Of a DNA stretch of 64,000 nucleotides, positions 34,801-44,908 are shown one piece after another. Below the pieces are notes generated by a model, which saw only the letters and a program-made list of their open reading frames with translations, ran no database searches and was not told the DNA's origin. A program made the position numbers and the translations under genes. The stretch comes from Cyanidioschyzon merolae (taxonomy: Eukaryota), in NCBI GenBank assembly GCA_000091205.1, contig AP006492.2. The stretch is one strand, 5' to 3'. How positions within the stretch are numbered: the first letter of the stretch is position 1; each line of letters opens with the position of its first letter.

Positions 34801-36398
34801 AAGTCGATAACGAGCCAGCCGATCCACGAGGAAGACGTCTCGTCCGTGGTAGTAAGCGATGCTGATGTTCCAGTGCGAATCGCGAACAGCCGAAAGTCCT
34901 GATGCAATTGCAAGGCGAAATTTCGCCCTGGAAGTTCGAATACTGCACCAGGGCGTATCGAAGCGAGCTGCTGCACAACACTCGTGGCAAGGCGTCGGTT
35001 GGTAGCGCTCGAGCTGCCGAGGCCCTCGAGGACAAGCCAGTGTCCCTGGGCCAGGGCTTCACCCACAGGACCCAGTCGCCACTGGAAACGACCAGGGCCG
35101 CAGGGCGCAATGACTGCGATTGCATCCAGAAAAGCGTCTTCCTCGAAACCCAGCCGATCCCAGTAGAAGGCGGTGATGGGGCGCTTCAGCTCCTTCGCCA
35201 GAAAGTGCAGCAGAGCACGCTTGCCGGTTGCAGGCTCGCCTTGGAGTAGCACCGGGGCGCCATACACCACAGCAAGGTGTAGCAGATTGAGCGCTCGGTG
35301 ACGACTTGGGACGACGATGTAGCGCTGGTGACGCTGGAGCGCCCGCGAGTCGAGTACCGGATCCGCAGTATCTGTATCTGAGCTCGGGTGGCTCTCGTTG
35401 CGTCCCGTTGACGCCCCGTCTGGCCAGCAGGGTACTGGTCGAGAGCACTGGGCACTCATTCGGGTCCGTGCGTTCAGTAATGCAGACTGGGCACCGCCTC
35501 CATGGCAGGTAATGCCATTCACGGGAGGTATTGCGTGCTGCCCAGCGTTCAAGAGCGTCGCCGCAGCCTCGGGTCTCGAGCTGCCTTCACTCGCTGGGCC
35601 TGGGCACGGTGCACCCACAGGCCAGCGGGCTGCAGTTGTCGCTTGGGGTCCATCATGACGAGACAATCTCGTACCAGCCACTAATTCTCGCCAAGTTGCG
35701 AGCAGCGCATGCCGTGCTGCCTCTATATAATCGATTTCGTGCCAGAACATGGCAAGCACCGCATCATGCTGTCGTCCGTGTACGGGGCAGTGTGTACCAG
35801 CGGGACGGAAGCGAGCTGTGCAGCTGCTGCGAACGCCAAACGTCAAGCTCAGTGCCAAACAAGCCATTGTCGATCGAGCGTCCGGTGCGTTCTCGTGCCA
35901 GTCGGCAAAGCAGGGTCTGAGATCTACGCTTCGCTGAAGAACTGCCTGGCCACCGGCACTGTAGGCTAGCAACGCGACTTGCCGACTCGTGGCTCGCCAG
36001 CCTCTCGGTAAGAGAGCAGTGAGTGTTGCCACACCGCCGGTTACGGCGACGAGCCGCACAGCGGCACCGCTGTGCCCACAACTCGTGAGGTACGCAACAA
36101 GCTGCGGAAGGTCTCGGGGATCAAGTGCCCCCAGCAGGCTGTACACTCGATCAAACAGCGCTTCATCCAGAGCACTCACATTCGGACGGCGTTGGAGCTC
36201 GACGCTCTCCGCGTAGGCAGGCGCTGGGTACGAGTACGCCGCCGTTGCCCCCCGCAGGTCGACACTCGTTGCCGTAGCAGCCGCGGAGGGTGTCTCCGGC
36301 ACCACGTACGACTCCCAGAACGCCTGATCATCGAGTTGCTCCAGTGCGATCAGATCGTTGAGTGTTGCTGGAGACAACAGACCTACACCGCTCTCCAT
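18477..36398 (-). CDS. MDN1: Midasin (MDN1/Rea1), giant AAA+ ATPase of 60S ribosome biogenesis, ~5973 aa in a single uninterrupted exon
   Basis: The ORF top (36500) is a GTG; the first ATG is at 36398 (minus). Six consecutive AAA P-loops are present: LLQGEPATGKRAL (~35220-35250), LLIGETGVGKTF (~34285-34320), LIEGATAVGKTAL (~32565-32600), LLIGETGIGKST (~31331-31370), LLEGPPGVGKTQ (~30311-30350), LLVGPASCGKAS (~28493-28535). Then come a long helical linker, an acidic D/E/S-rich region (~20000-21100) and a C-terminal VWA/MIDAS domain with a DxSxS motif, VVAVDDSASM (~19105-19150). This architecture is diagnostic of midasin. Confidence 0.9.
25491..25724 (-). repeat. In-frame tandem repeat, 3 x 78 bp (26-aa unit RFEHPTAAPVLGIEEHGRSETEQSAS) inside the midasin CDS
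   Basis: Three adjacent near-identical 78-nt copies, with 2-4 mismatches between copies, are seen directly at 25491-25568, 25569-25646 and 25647-25724. Confidence 0.9.
26530..26567 (-). repeat. (GCA)n microsatellite, poly-Ala in midasin
   Basis: cagcaacagcagcagcagcagcagcagcagcaacagca; the protein reads AVAAAAAAAAVAA. Confidence 0.8.
29455..29516 (-). repeat. (GTC/ATC)n followed by (GCA)n trinucleotide tract encoding poly-Ala then poly-Asp (DDDDDDDDD) between the AAA5 and AAA6 P-loops of midasin
   Basis: The trinucleotide run is seen directly in sequence; the protein reads AAAAAADDDDDDDDDKNKDNDDSD. Confidence 0.85.
30641..30669 (-). repeat. (TTGCTG)n hexanucleotide repeat encoding poly-Gln (9 Q) in midasin
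   Basis: gttgctgttgctgttgctgttgctgttgc; the protein reads YRAQQQQQQQQQHR. Confidence 0.85.
31761..31800 (-). repeat. (AGC)13 microsatellite encoding a poly-Ala run (13 A) in midasin
   Basis: A perfect trinucleotide run on the + strand; on the minus coding strand the codon is GCT = Ala (protein ...EHAAAAAAAAAAAAASV...). Confidence 0.9.
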
Positions 36399-36672
36399 GG
36401 ATACCTGGAGCTCTCGAGTCACCTCAGAGAGAGCGCGCTCAAGTCGGAGGCAGCTACCCAGTGCGTACGAAGGGTTGCGTCGGCGTCCGCGTTGCGCCAC
36501 CGCAGCGTCGTGACGACGACGGCGGCCTAAGGACTACCTCGACCCGCATGCCCAGAGCGAAGAGGTTTACCTGTTGAGTGTTTCCGGGGCTGGAGCAAAC
36601 ACCACAGGTCGATCAACTTTTGGCTTGGTCGCTGTTTAGCTTCGTGCTTGCGTGATTATAAAGGCTTCATCT

Positions 36673-36696
36673 TTGGCTTTGGCTTTGGCTTTGGCT
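36673..36696. repeat. (TTTGGC)4 hexanucleotide repeat in the divergent midasin / purD intergenic region
   Basis: ctttggctttggctttggctttggcta, seen directly. Confidence 0.85.
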
Positions 36697-36892
36697 ACGA
36701 ACTTATGCGCGCCGCTGGACAGGTTCATAGGAAACAGGTGCTTAGAAACTGAAAGTTTCCTCGTTGACTGTTTCATTAGCTTAGCATCGTAGAGCGCTTA
36801 ACTTTCATCACCACATCAGGGTATCATTGAAACCCGAGGCGAAACGTTTACAAGCGGTCAGCGTTTTTATACCGTTCCGTACTGCTTTCTTG

Positions 36893-38446
36893 ATGCAACT
36901 GGTCTCCGGGCAGGAACGGTGCTGTTCGATTCGCGCCTGGGGCACAGCGTGCATATCAAGCCAGCCCCGCTTCGGCAGTGGGTTGCAGCGGCTTGCATTC
37001 CTGACACAAGTCGCTGTGCAGCGATTCTCTGGGGAACGGCGAACGTTCAGCAGGCACTCTTGGAGACGAAAAAGCCGCAGTGCCTTGGCGAGCAATGTCC
37101 GCTGCTCCCTGAAAGTTCTCGTTATTGGTAGTGGCGGTCGTGAACATGCACTCTGCGATAAAATAGCAGAGTCACCGCACTTGAAGTCGCTGTATGCAGC
37201 ACCTGGCAACCCGGGTATGGAGCGCGTTGCTCACTGCGTGTCCGACTTGGACGCTGCAGATATTTCCGCAATTTGCGGCTTCGTACAGGAGAAATCGATT
37301 GATTTAGTCGTGATCGGGCCCGAAGCACCGCTTGTTTCGGGCCTGGTGGACGCTTTGGGTGCCCTCAAGGTTCGCGCATTCGGACCGAGCCAGGCGGCTG
37401 CTCGTCTCGAGGGCAGTAAAGCGTTCTCTAAAGCTTTCATGAAGCGTCACGGCATTCCGACGGCTGATTATGATCGCTGTGGATCTTTGGAAGAGGCCAC
37501 GACAGTGCTAGGCCGCCGCGAACGCTTTCCAGTGGTCATCAAGGCCGACGGCCTCGCCGCAGGCAAGGGTGTGTTTATCGCATCGAACAGAGGAGAGGCG
37601 GAGGACGCCCTCCGTGTGCTCTTTGTCGAGCAGAGACTGGGTGAGGCAGGCCGCACGGTGGTAATAGAAGATTACCTGATCGGGGAAGAGGCGAGTTTCT
37701 TTGCGCTGGTGAACGGAGAGCAAGTCGTGCCGCTTTTGCCTGCACAAGACCACAAAGCAGCCTACGATGGCGACCGAGGTCCGAACACCGGAGGTATGGG
37801 GGCCTATGCCCCAGCACCCGTCGTGACGCCGCAACTCGCGGAGCGTATTCTCGCGCAGGTCGTGCGACCCACGGCCGCTGGAATGGTGGCTGAAGGCACC
37901 CCCTACCGCGGGCTGCTCTACTGCGGTCTCATGATTGAGTCAGGGGATGCGTTTAGGGTCCTCGAATACAACGTTCGCTTCGGTGATCCGGAATGCCAGG
38001 TGCTCTGCATGCTATTGGAGTCGGATCTGTTGCCTGTCCTGTTCGAAACGGCGTCGTTTACGAGCAGCGAGTTGCCTGCTCAGTCCCTGCAATGGGCTGC
38101 AGACGCTGCCGCGCTCACTGTGGTCCTTGCATCGCCCGGGTACCCGGGCCCGTATCGAAGCGGTGACGTCATCCGCGGTCTCGAAGAGGCCGAAACGCTG
38201 CCCGGGGTCAAGATCTTTCATGCGGGTACTAGCCGCGATGCTCGCGGTCAGCTCGTGGCGAAAGGGGGTCGTGTCCTCAATGTCACAGCCCATGCTGCGA
38301 CCTTGCGTGAAGCACAGCAGCGAGCCTACGAGGCGATTGCGAGAATCGATTGGCCGGATGCATTTTATCGCCGGGATATTGGCTGGCGAGCGCTGGAACG
38401 AGAGCAAAGACAAAAACCTCCTCCAAACGTGTCGAGCGCTCGGTGA
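36893..38446 (+). CDS. purD: Phosphoribosylamine-glycine ligase (GAR synthetase, PurD), with a ~60-aa N-terminal presequence
   Basis: The ORF top at 36827 is a TTG; the first ATG is at 36893. PurD motifs are present: LKVLVIGSGGREHAL, APGNPGM, VVIGPEAPLV, PVVIKADGLAAGKGV, the ATP-grasp region (EDYLIGEEASFFAL, GPNTGGMGAYAPAP) and a C-terminal domain (KIFHAGT...LVAKGGRVLNV). The N-terminal extension is R/S-rich. Confidence 0.85.
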   Translation: MQLVSGQERCCSIRAWGTACISSQPRFGSGLQRLAFLTQVAVQRFSGERRTFSRHSWRRKSRSALASNVRCSLKVLVIGSGGREHALCDKIAESPHLKSLYAAPGNPGMERVAHCVSDLDAADISAICGFVQEKSIDLVVIGPEAPLVSGLVDALGALKVRAFGPSQAAARLEGSKAFSKAFMKRHGIPTADYDRCGSLEEATTVLGRRERFPVVIKADGLAAGKGVFIASNRGEAEDALRVLFVEQRLGEAGRTVVIEDYLIGEEASFFALVNGEQVVPLLPAQDHKAAYDGDRGPNTGGMGAYAPAPVVTPQLAERILAQVVRPTAAGMVAEGTPYRGLLYCGLMIESGDAFRVLEYNVRFGDPECQVLCMLLESDLLPVLFETASFTSSELPAQSLQWAADAAALTVVLASPGYPGPYRSGDVIRGLEEAETLPGVKIFHAGTSRDARGQLVAKGGRVLNVTAHAATLREAQQRAYEAIARIDWPDAFYRRDIGWRALEREQRQKPPPNVSSAR

Positions 38447-40902
38447 ATGAGCGCTACAGGCTATCGAAGGATGCGTATTTGCATTCGGGTAGCCAGATGC
38501 GTAAACAAGAATCCTTCAGTGCGAACGCGTTTCCTAGTGGCAGACGCTTGCCGCGAGGCGAACGATTGGTACCTCCTGATTATGTTGCCGGTCACAGGTT
38601 GCAAGTTCGCTGACATCGCTTTCAAGAAGAACGCCAAGCAACCGGTGCTGTAGACGAGTGCGATGTCGAAAAGAGCAGGTCGCGCGCGATCTTATGGTCG
38701 TCTCGTGCCAGGGCTGGGTCCTGCCGATGGTGACCCGCACGTTATGCTCCAGACCATTCTATCGGAACGGTATCGACGAGCGATGACGATACGCAGCGCT
38801 CGCCATGTCGAAGTTGTGCATCAGCTTTCGATTTTCGGTACGCATTTGGGTCCGTACCACGGCATCCATATGTTGAAACGGTCGTACACGGGCGCATGTA
38901 TGCGTCCAAATCGCGGTTGAAGCGCAGATACCGGTCTGGAAAACGGCGATGGTGCTGGATCCAGGAGAATGAATCAGCATACGAAATGGTGACGTACACG
39001 ATGACCTAGTCGAAAGTGTCTGGATCGGAACGGAAGCACGGAGCGGTCCACCTAAACTGCTGCCAACATGACTGTGATGGTACGTTATCGAGCGCTTCGT
39101 GCAGGAGCTTACTCCATCGTGATCGACCCGTCGCCGGGTTGTGCTGCGTTTCAGTGTCCCCGATACTATGCAGCTAGCCCGTTCAGAGCCTGGGTGTCGA
39201 GGCTTCGTTTCTCGGACGACGCTATAGATAGCCAAGCAGCGACCGTTTCTAGCCGCGTAAGGCGATAGTCGTGTCACTTGGTCGCTGCGAATATGAAAGT
39301 GGAACAAAGCATTGTCCGCTCTGCTCCTGCCTTGCGCTTTTTCCGACCTAGTTTTTCGATGTGCTTCCTTGACACTCGAAGTGCCGCAGTTCGCGCTTAC
39401 GGATCCATACCTGGTGCTAGGCGTTTCGGTCGTCGCCTCGGAGTGGATCAGTGGACTCGTTGTACCCGGATATCGTTACGTCAGCGGAATCCAAATGATT
39501 CGCAAAGTCATCGAACAACAGATCGTAAAATAATCGATACGATCGTCCGATTGAAACATAAAAGCCGCCACTGGTCTTTTTTCCTATGTAAAACATGCGC
39601 AACTCACGCATTTCTCGAATGTTGGATGTTTGGGGACCGTAAGAACTCGTGGACACTGCAATCCGCGGTGCTGGATTGACGACATCAACAACTGCACATC
39701 GTTTCTTGATGACGTGTTCACTGGTGCGTGCCGAATCCGCCTGAACGCTCATGGAAAACTATCGATTCCATTCGGATGACAAATCCCTCGTTTTTTGCGG
39801 CCAGGACGGAACGGTAGTCGACGGAAGCACGATACCTGTCAACGGATTTGCTGCTGGAGGCTCCTGCGACTTTTGCTCGCATGGGAAATGGCCTTGCACG
39901 CGGACTCCAGTCATGGGGCCACTCGCATTCCGTGAAGCGTGCAGCACTGCTCTGCTCGAAGGAAGCGTCGACGGATCACAGATTTCTGGAACACAGCTCC
40001 AGCTTGAATTCTCGCCTGCGGTACTTGTTCTATCGTGAAAAACACCGCGCTTCACCAGTTCTGTGTCGAATCGAACAGCGAATGTTTCCGCGTGCACCGA
40101 GCAGCTTGCCAGCCGAGAGGAGAGCGGGGACGGAGCCCCTGGCTCTGAAAAGGTACGGCATCGGACGCGGAAGCAGACGCGTTCTTTGAGGTGCGGCTTC
40201 GGTGCCGTTCAAAAGCATGTACTGAGCGATGAAGCGAGCGTTCATGTGCCCAAAGCGCGACCCACCGGAGAACAATGCGGTGCAGTGGACCCACGGGAAC
40301 ATCTGACGATAGGCAAGCCTCAGGGTTGCGAAGGGCGCACCGAACCTGCCCAGGAAAGCGGCTGCAAATGGCGAACAAAGCGTAGATCGCAACACCCGCC
40401 AGCGCCTGACATGCGTAGACGATAGCCAGAAGCGAAGACACTGGGACTCGAACGCTATCATCAATATTCTTCGACGGCTGACCATAGGAAAAAAGTAGGG
40501 AAGAGAGAGACCGTCATCTTTCAAGACGGGGATAGGAGAGAGGAAACGGAAGCAGTGGCATAGAAAGCCCGTAAATGGTGGTATTGGTGATCGTGGGAGG
40601 AAATCTATACTTTAGCGAGTACGTTCGTGTCAGGTTCTTGGCTCCTTCGTATTCTGGCATGGCATATGTGTGTGTTGTGGATATGTGTATCGCGCACCGA
40701 AAACTAAACCGGGGGGTACGCCAAGGCCTGTGAGCGCGCGCGAGTCTCGTGTACACGCGCACCGCCTGGCGAGCCTACCTGGCACTGACGGCGTTTTGGG
40801 GCGAACACGAGCGCTCCGGGACTTGCGACGCGCTCTGGGAACGGCAGAGGTACCGACTTGACAAGGTCACGGTTGCAGGAACGGTGCATGCTCTAGACGA
40901 AA

Positions 40903-41529
40903 ATGCTGAGCCTCAAACTGTCGTTGGTCGCCGTGGCGCCGCTCTGCTGCGCTCGGTTTCGGAGTCTGGTACCTGCTCGGAAACTGGAAACCTCTTTGGA
41001 GCAACCCGTGCGTAAACGAACCAGGAGTGGAGGATCGGTACGGGATGTGCCTGAGCCGGCCTTGCCCACGAACGAAGCGGTTCCAGCGGCTATTCGAGAA
41101 CTGATTCGCGCAAGCGCTGCCTGCTCGTTTTGGGAAGAAACCCACATCGATGCGCTGCACGACAAGGGTCTCGTTATTAACGGACTTGTTTTCAACAGCC
41201 GTGCGCTGCTGCTGCTGCCACACTATGTGCTTTCGGTACCTGCTGTGAACCGTGTGAGTGACGTGAGCCGGGACGCACTTTGTTTTCTCGAACTGCTCAG
41301 ACCGATGCCTGGAACGCTCATTCTGGGCTGCGATGAGGCGAACGCACCCGCCGCCCGAAACCTACTTCCAGCTGATTCAATGGAATATTTGGAGAAGCAT
41401 CTTGGCGTATCCTTCGAGAGTACGACAGTCGCTCGAGCTTGTGCAACATTTAATTTTTTGAACGAGGAGCGGCGCACTCCGGCTGCCCTGGTGATCTTGG
41501 GAAGCAAACCCAGCGCTTCTGTGAAATAA
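40903..41529 (+). CDS. NDUFAF3: NDUFAF3 / DUF498 (Mth938-like) family protein, putative complex I assembly factor 3
   Basis: ATG at 40903 confirmed. The 208-aa protein carries the family's characteristic core (LVINGLVFNSRALLLLP...PGTLILGCDEANAPA...HLGVSFESTTVARACATFNFLNEERRTPAALVIL) and an N-terminal presequence-like segment. Confidence 0.55.
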   Translation: MLSLKLSLVAVAPLCCARFRSLVPARKLETSLEQPVRKRTRSGGSVRDVPEPALPTNEAVPAAIRELIRASAACSFWEETHIDALHDKGLVINGLVFNSRALLLLPHYVLSVPAVNRVSDVSRDALCFLELLRPMPGTLILGCDEANAPAARNLLPADSMEYLEKHLGVSFESTTVARACATFNFLNEERRTPAALVILGSKPSASVK

Positions 41530-41867
41530 ATGTTACTGATGAGACGACTTGGCTGTTCAATGCGAAGCGAAGGTATGAGAGTATCTAGCGAGTCGCGAGC
41601 ATATCGCGAGTTAGAATGGAACGACTTGCTGGCGAGAACATCGCTGACAGCTTGCCCGAACCTGCTAGGGCCAGCAGCATTTATTCCATGTCAGCGGGAA
41701 ATCGATTCACGAAGTCGTAGTTAAGAAGGAAACGCTACTGTGGTTCACGAGTATTCCCGAAAAATTTCTCCCGGTGTATGTCTACGGCGCTCCGGTCTTG
41801 GCAAAATGCTGAACTGAACCGTCCCTGTGCCATGGCCGAAGCGAGAACCCAATGACCTCTCTCCTGA

Positions 41868-42182
41868 TCACTGCTTCTTTTCATCGAAAGTCTTCAGTGT
41901 TTCTTCGAACTGCTCACACCTAGTACTGAAATATTTCCGCAAAATCTCGCCAGATGCAAAGCCGCTGGACATTGCAGAAGCACCAGACATTGCCGGATAT
42001 TGATCAGGGCGTTCAAGTCTCGGTGTAGAAAAGTGCTTTCGTGCTGCGTCGCTGGTGAAATCCCATCTCAGCAATCCGTTCACATGTGATTGCCTCGCCG
42101 TCTGTCCTTCTGTTAGCGTACCGTACAGCATGCAGAGCATCTGGCTCTGTTTCACGCTCTTGTTCTCTAACTGATTCAGCAT
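41868..42182 (-). CDS. Small hypothetical protein (104 aa)
   Basis: ATG at 42182 (minus) confirmed. It sits convergent to the NDUFAF3-like gene and has no family assignment. It could be untranslated. Confidence 0.2.
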   Translation of the reverse strand: MLNQLENKSVKQSQMLCMLYGTLTEGQTARQSHVNGLLRWDFTSDAARKHFSTPRLERPDQYPAMSGASAMSSGFASGEILRKYFSTRCEQFEETLKTFDEKKQ

Positions 42183-43595
42183 ACAAGCGTGCTTGTGATG
42201 AATGTACGTCGTCTCGTAGTCATAGACGGAGATCGTACAATATCGATTCCTGTGGTCTTTGAACGCTTCGGCAGCGGGCGCGAGCGTGCAGTATTCACGC
42301 TCTACAGCACGTGCAGCAATCTAGGTTTCCTTAAACCGACGCGGTATGTTGGCAAGTTTTGCGTCCAACGAAGTGAATATGTTGGGAAATGTGCACCTGA
42401 TGTACCCGTACACGCGGAAGCGCTGGCGAGCCCAGCCCGATCGCATGCACCCCCACCCGTGCCCGAAACCGTCCATATGAGCCATTTGGACGCTCATGTA
42501 AGCTATGAATGAAGCGCCCAGAGCGTTTCCCCTGTTCGATACAGGGTAGGGAACGTCGCGATGGGTCCTGGCACCATCATTCGACCGGTGGTTGTACCTC
42601 GTGGCCTCCATCACGTCCAATTCCCAATGAAACCGAATCCAGGAAAATCAGATTGTATGGTACGTTCAGAACCGAGCAGCAGTTGTTGCACAAAGGAGTT
42701 ATCGAAAAATACCACAGCGTTGTGTGCAACAGGCATGCCCTGCGTCATGAACGCCCACGAGCAGGTGCTCGGGGAATTGCCCCAAGGCATGGGAAGGTAA
42801 TCAAGGCGTAGTCGACCATAGACGTGTGATCAATGGAACGAAACCCTCAAGCTACTGAATTGTAAATGTTTACTCATCCACAGACGTCTCCCAGTCTTTT
42901 TTGACCAGCTTCCTGCCATCGGTTGTAGTTTATCCTTGCACTTTTCGACATTGAGACGCTACCTCACGAAGTGAGACCGCCTCGGCTCCTGAAATCTCGT
43001 CCTCTCTACCAAACATCTCCTGATAATCATAGCAGCGTTGAAATCTTCGTTCACGAACTCGATGCGTACATGGACGCTGTTTGAACGCGCCAATACAAGG
43101 ATTCCTGGAACGATTGCCCTCTATGGCACTATGGTCTCGTTATCGTCCTGTGGGGCAAACATTTTTCTCGTCAGCATCCTCATTTCTTCCTTTTCTCCTT
43201 CATCATCAGCTAGTCTCCGCTCGATGGTCGGGCAAGATGAGGATTTTTCCGTCTTTTCTGGCAGCTCAGGGCAATGAGGGCACTCCAGAATCCCCGAATT
43301 TTATATGCACACCAATCCCTTAGATGCTGCATTTCTTAAAATGAACGTATATGGAACGCTTCTGGAATGAGCCGCGAAAAGCATTTGATGACACGCAGCA
43401 AGAAGGCGGAACACAATCAAGTTGAAAGACGACAACCAGCACGCACACACAGCGCATGGCGCTGCAGCAGCGCTTCATTCATATCCTCTACAATTTGAGA
43501 GGATAGGGACACACTGTATCGCGACGCTCGCATCGGCACAGACGGTACGCGCACACACGCGCGTATCAAGCGGACACGCCCGCTTCGCTTGGCTT

Positions 43596-44843
43596 ATGCC
43601 GCGCATGTGCAGCGAGTCGGGGGCATTGTTTCGCGCACCAACGGCTTTCGCGACGCCGTGTGCTCTGAATAGTGTTCAGCGCCCAAGTAGACAGCTTCGC
43701 TCGAAGGTAACTGACGACTCCAACTGGCCTCCTCAGAAGGCTTGGGTATCGGCGCACCGCTTGCCACGGTTCTCGTGGCGCAGGCGTTTCGAGCGACCCT
43801 TGGCAGGAACACAGAGTCCGCGTACACTCCATAATTCACTTGAATTGACAGCCTGCATGCACGGTGAGGCATCAGCGCCCGATCGGAAAGGTGCAACGAT
43901 GTCAGCGGTGGGTTTCATCGGCCTGGGCATCATGGGAAGCGGTATGGCGCGCAACCTGTTTCGGGCCGGTCACAGTCTCTACGTCTGGAATAGGACGCGG
44001 AGTGCGGCGGAAGCGTTTGCGAAAGAGCTTGTAAACGAGCAGTGCGGGGAAAGCAAGGGATATTCTTCTGGAAATGCGCAGGTGCACGTGGCGGACTCAC
44101 CGAGATCCGTTGCAGGTGCCTGCAACGTGATATACTCGATGCTGTCTACGCCGGAAGCCGCGCTTTCCGTTCATCTCGACGCTGAACGAGGGACGGTGCA
44201 GGAGCTCGGCCCCCAGAAGATGCTGATAGAATGTTCAACGCTAGATGTGAGTACCATGGAACGACTGAGCGAGGCGGTGCATCAACGAGGGGCACTCTTT
44301 TTGGAGGCGCCTGTTAGCGGCTCCAAAGTGCCAGCACAAACTGGAACCCTTATCTTTCTATGCAGCGGTGACCGGGCAGCCTACGATCGCGTTGCATCCA
44401 GCGGTCTCGATGTCATGGGCAAAGCTTCCTTCTTCCTCGGTGAGCGGTGCGGAGTGGGCACCAAGATGAAAATTGTGGTGAATATGATCATGGGTTCGAT
44501 GATGGTGGCACTCGCTGAGGGTGCTAGCCTCGCCGAGTCGTGCGGGCTCTCGACGGAGACCCTGAACGAGATCCTCGGACTTGGTGCCATGAACAGCCCG
44601 CTCTTTAGCATGAAGCTGCCAAACATGATTTCCAGCCAATACGAAGCGCATTTCCCTCTGAAGCACCAACAGAAAGACCTCCGATTTGCGATTTCCCTCG
44701 GTGACGAAATGGAGCAGTGGCTGCCGCTCTCAGCCATTGCGAACGAAGTCTTCAAAGCGGCACAAGCGAGTGGCTTTGGAGATTACGATTTCTCCGCGGT
44801 TGTCGAGGCTTTGCGGAACAAGAAACGACGCCCATCAAACTGA
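43596..44843 (+). CDS. 3-hydroxyisobutyrate dehydrogenase / glyoxylate-succinic semialdehyde reductase family (NAD(P)-binding, 6-PGDH-like); start may instead be the internal ATG at 43899
   Basis: The ORF top (43422) is a TTG. In-frame ATGs lie at 43596 and 43899. The Rossmann start VGFIGLGIMGSGMARNL follows the 43899 ATG. Family motifs follow: LIECSTLDV, FLEAPVSGS, GTLIFLCSGD, GVGTKMKIVVNMIMGSMMVALAEG, KDLRFA. The region upstream of 43899 is R/S-rich and could be a mitochondrial presequence. Confidence 0.7.
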   Translation: MPRMCSESGALFRAPTAFATPCALNSVQRPSRQLRSKVTDDSNWPPQKAWVSAHRLPRFSWRRRFERPLAGTQSPRTLHNSLELTACMHGEASAPDRKGATMSAVGFIGLGIMGSGMARNLFRAGHSLYVWNRTRSAAEAFAKELVNEQCGESKGYSSGNAQVHVADSPRSVAGACNVIYSMLSTPEAALSVHLDAERGTVQELGPQKMLIECSTLDVSTMERLSEAVHQRGALFLEAPVSGSKVPAQTGTLIFLCSGDRAAYDRVASSGLDVMGKASFFLGERCGVGTKMKIVVNMIMGSMMVALAEGASLAESCGLSTETLNEILGLGAMNSPLFSMKLPNMISSQYEAHFPLKHQQKDLRFAISLGDEMEQWLPLSAIANEVFKAAQASGFGDYDFSAVVEALRNKKRRPSN

Positions 44844-44908
44844 CGAGGACACATTTATGCTACGTAACGCTGTTCTCGGATACCAAGGCCCTTCCATTGA
44901 GAGCGACC

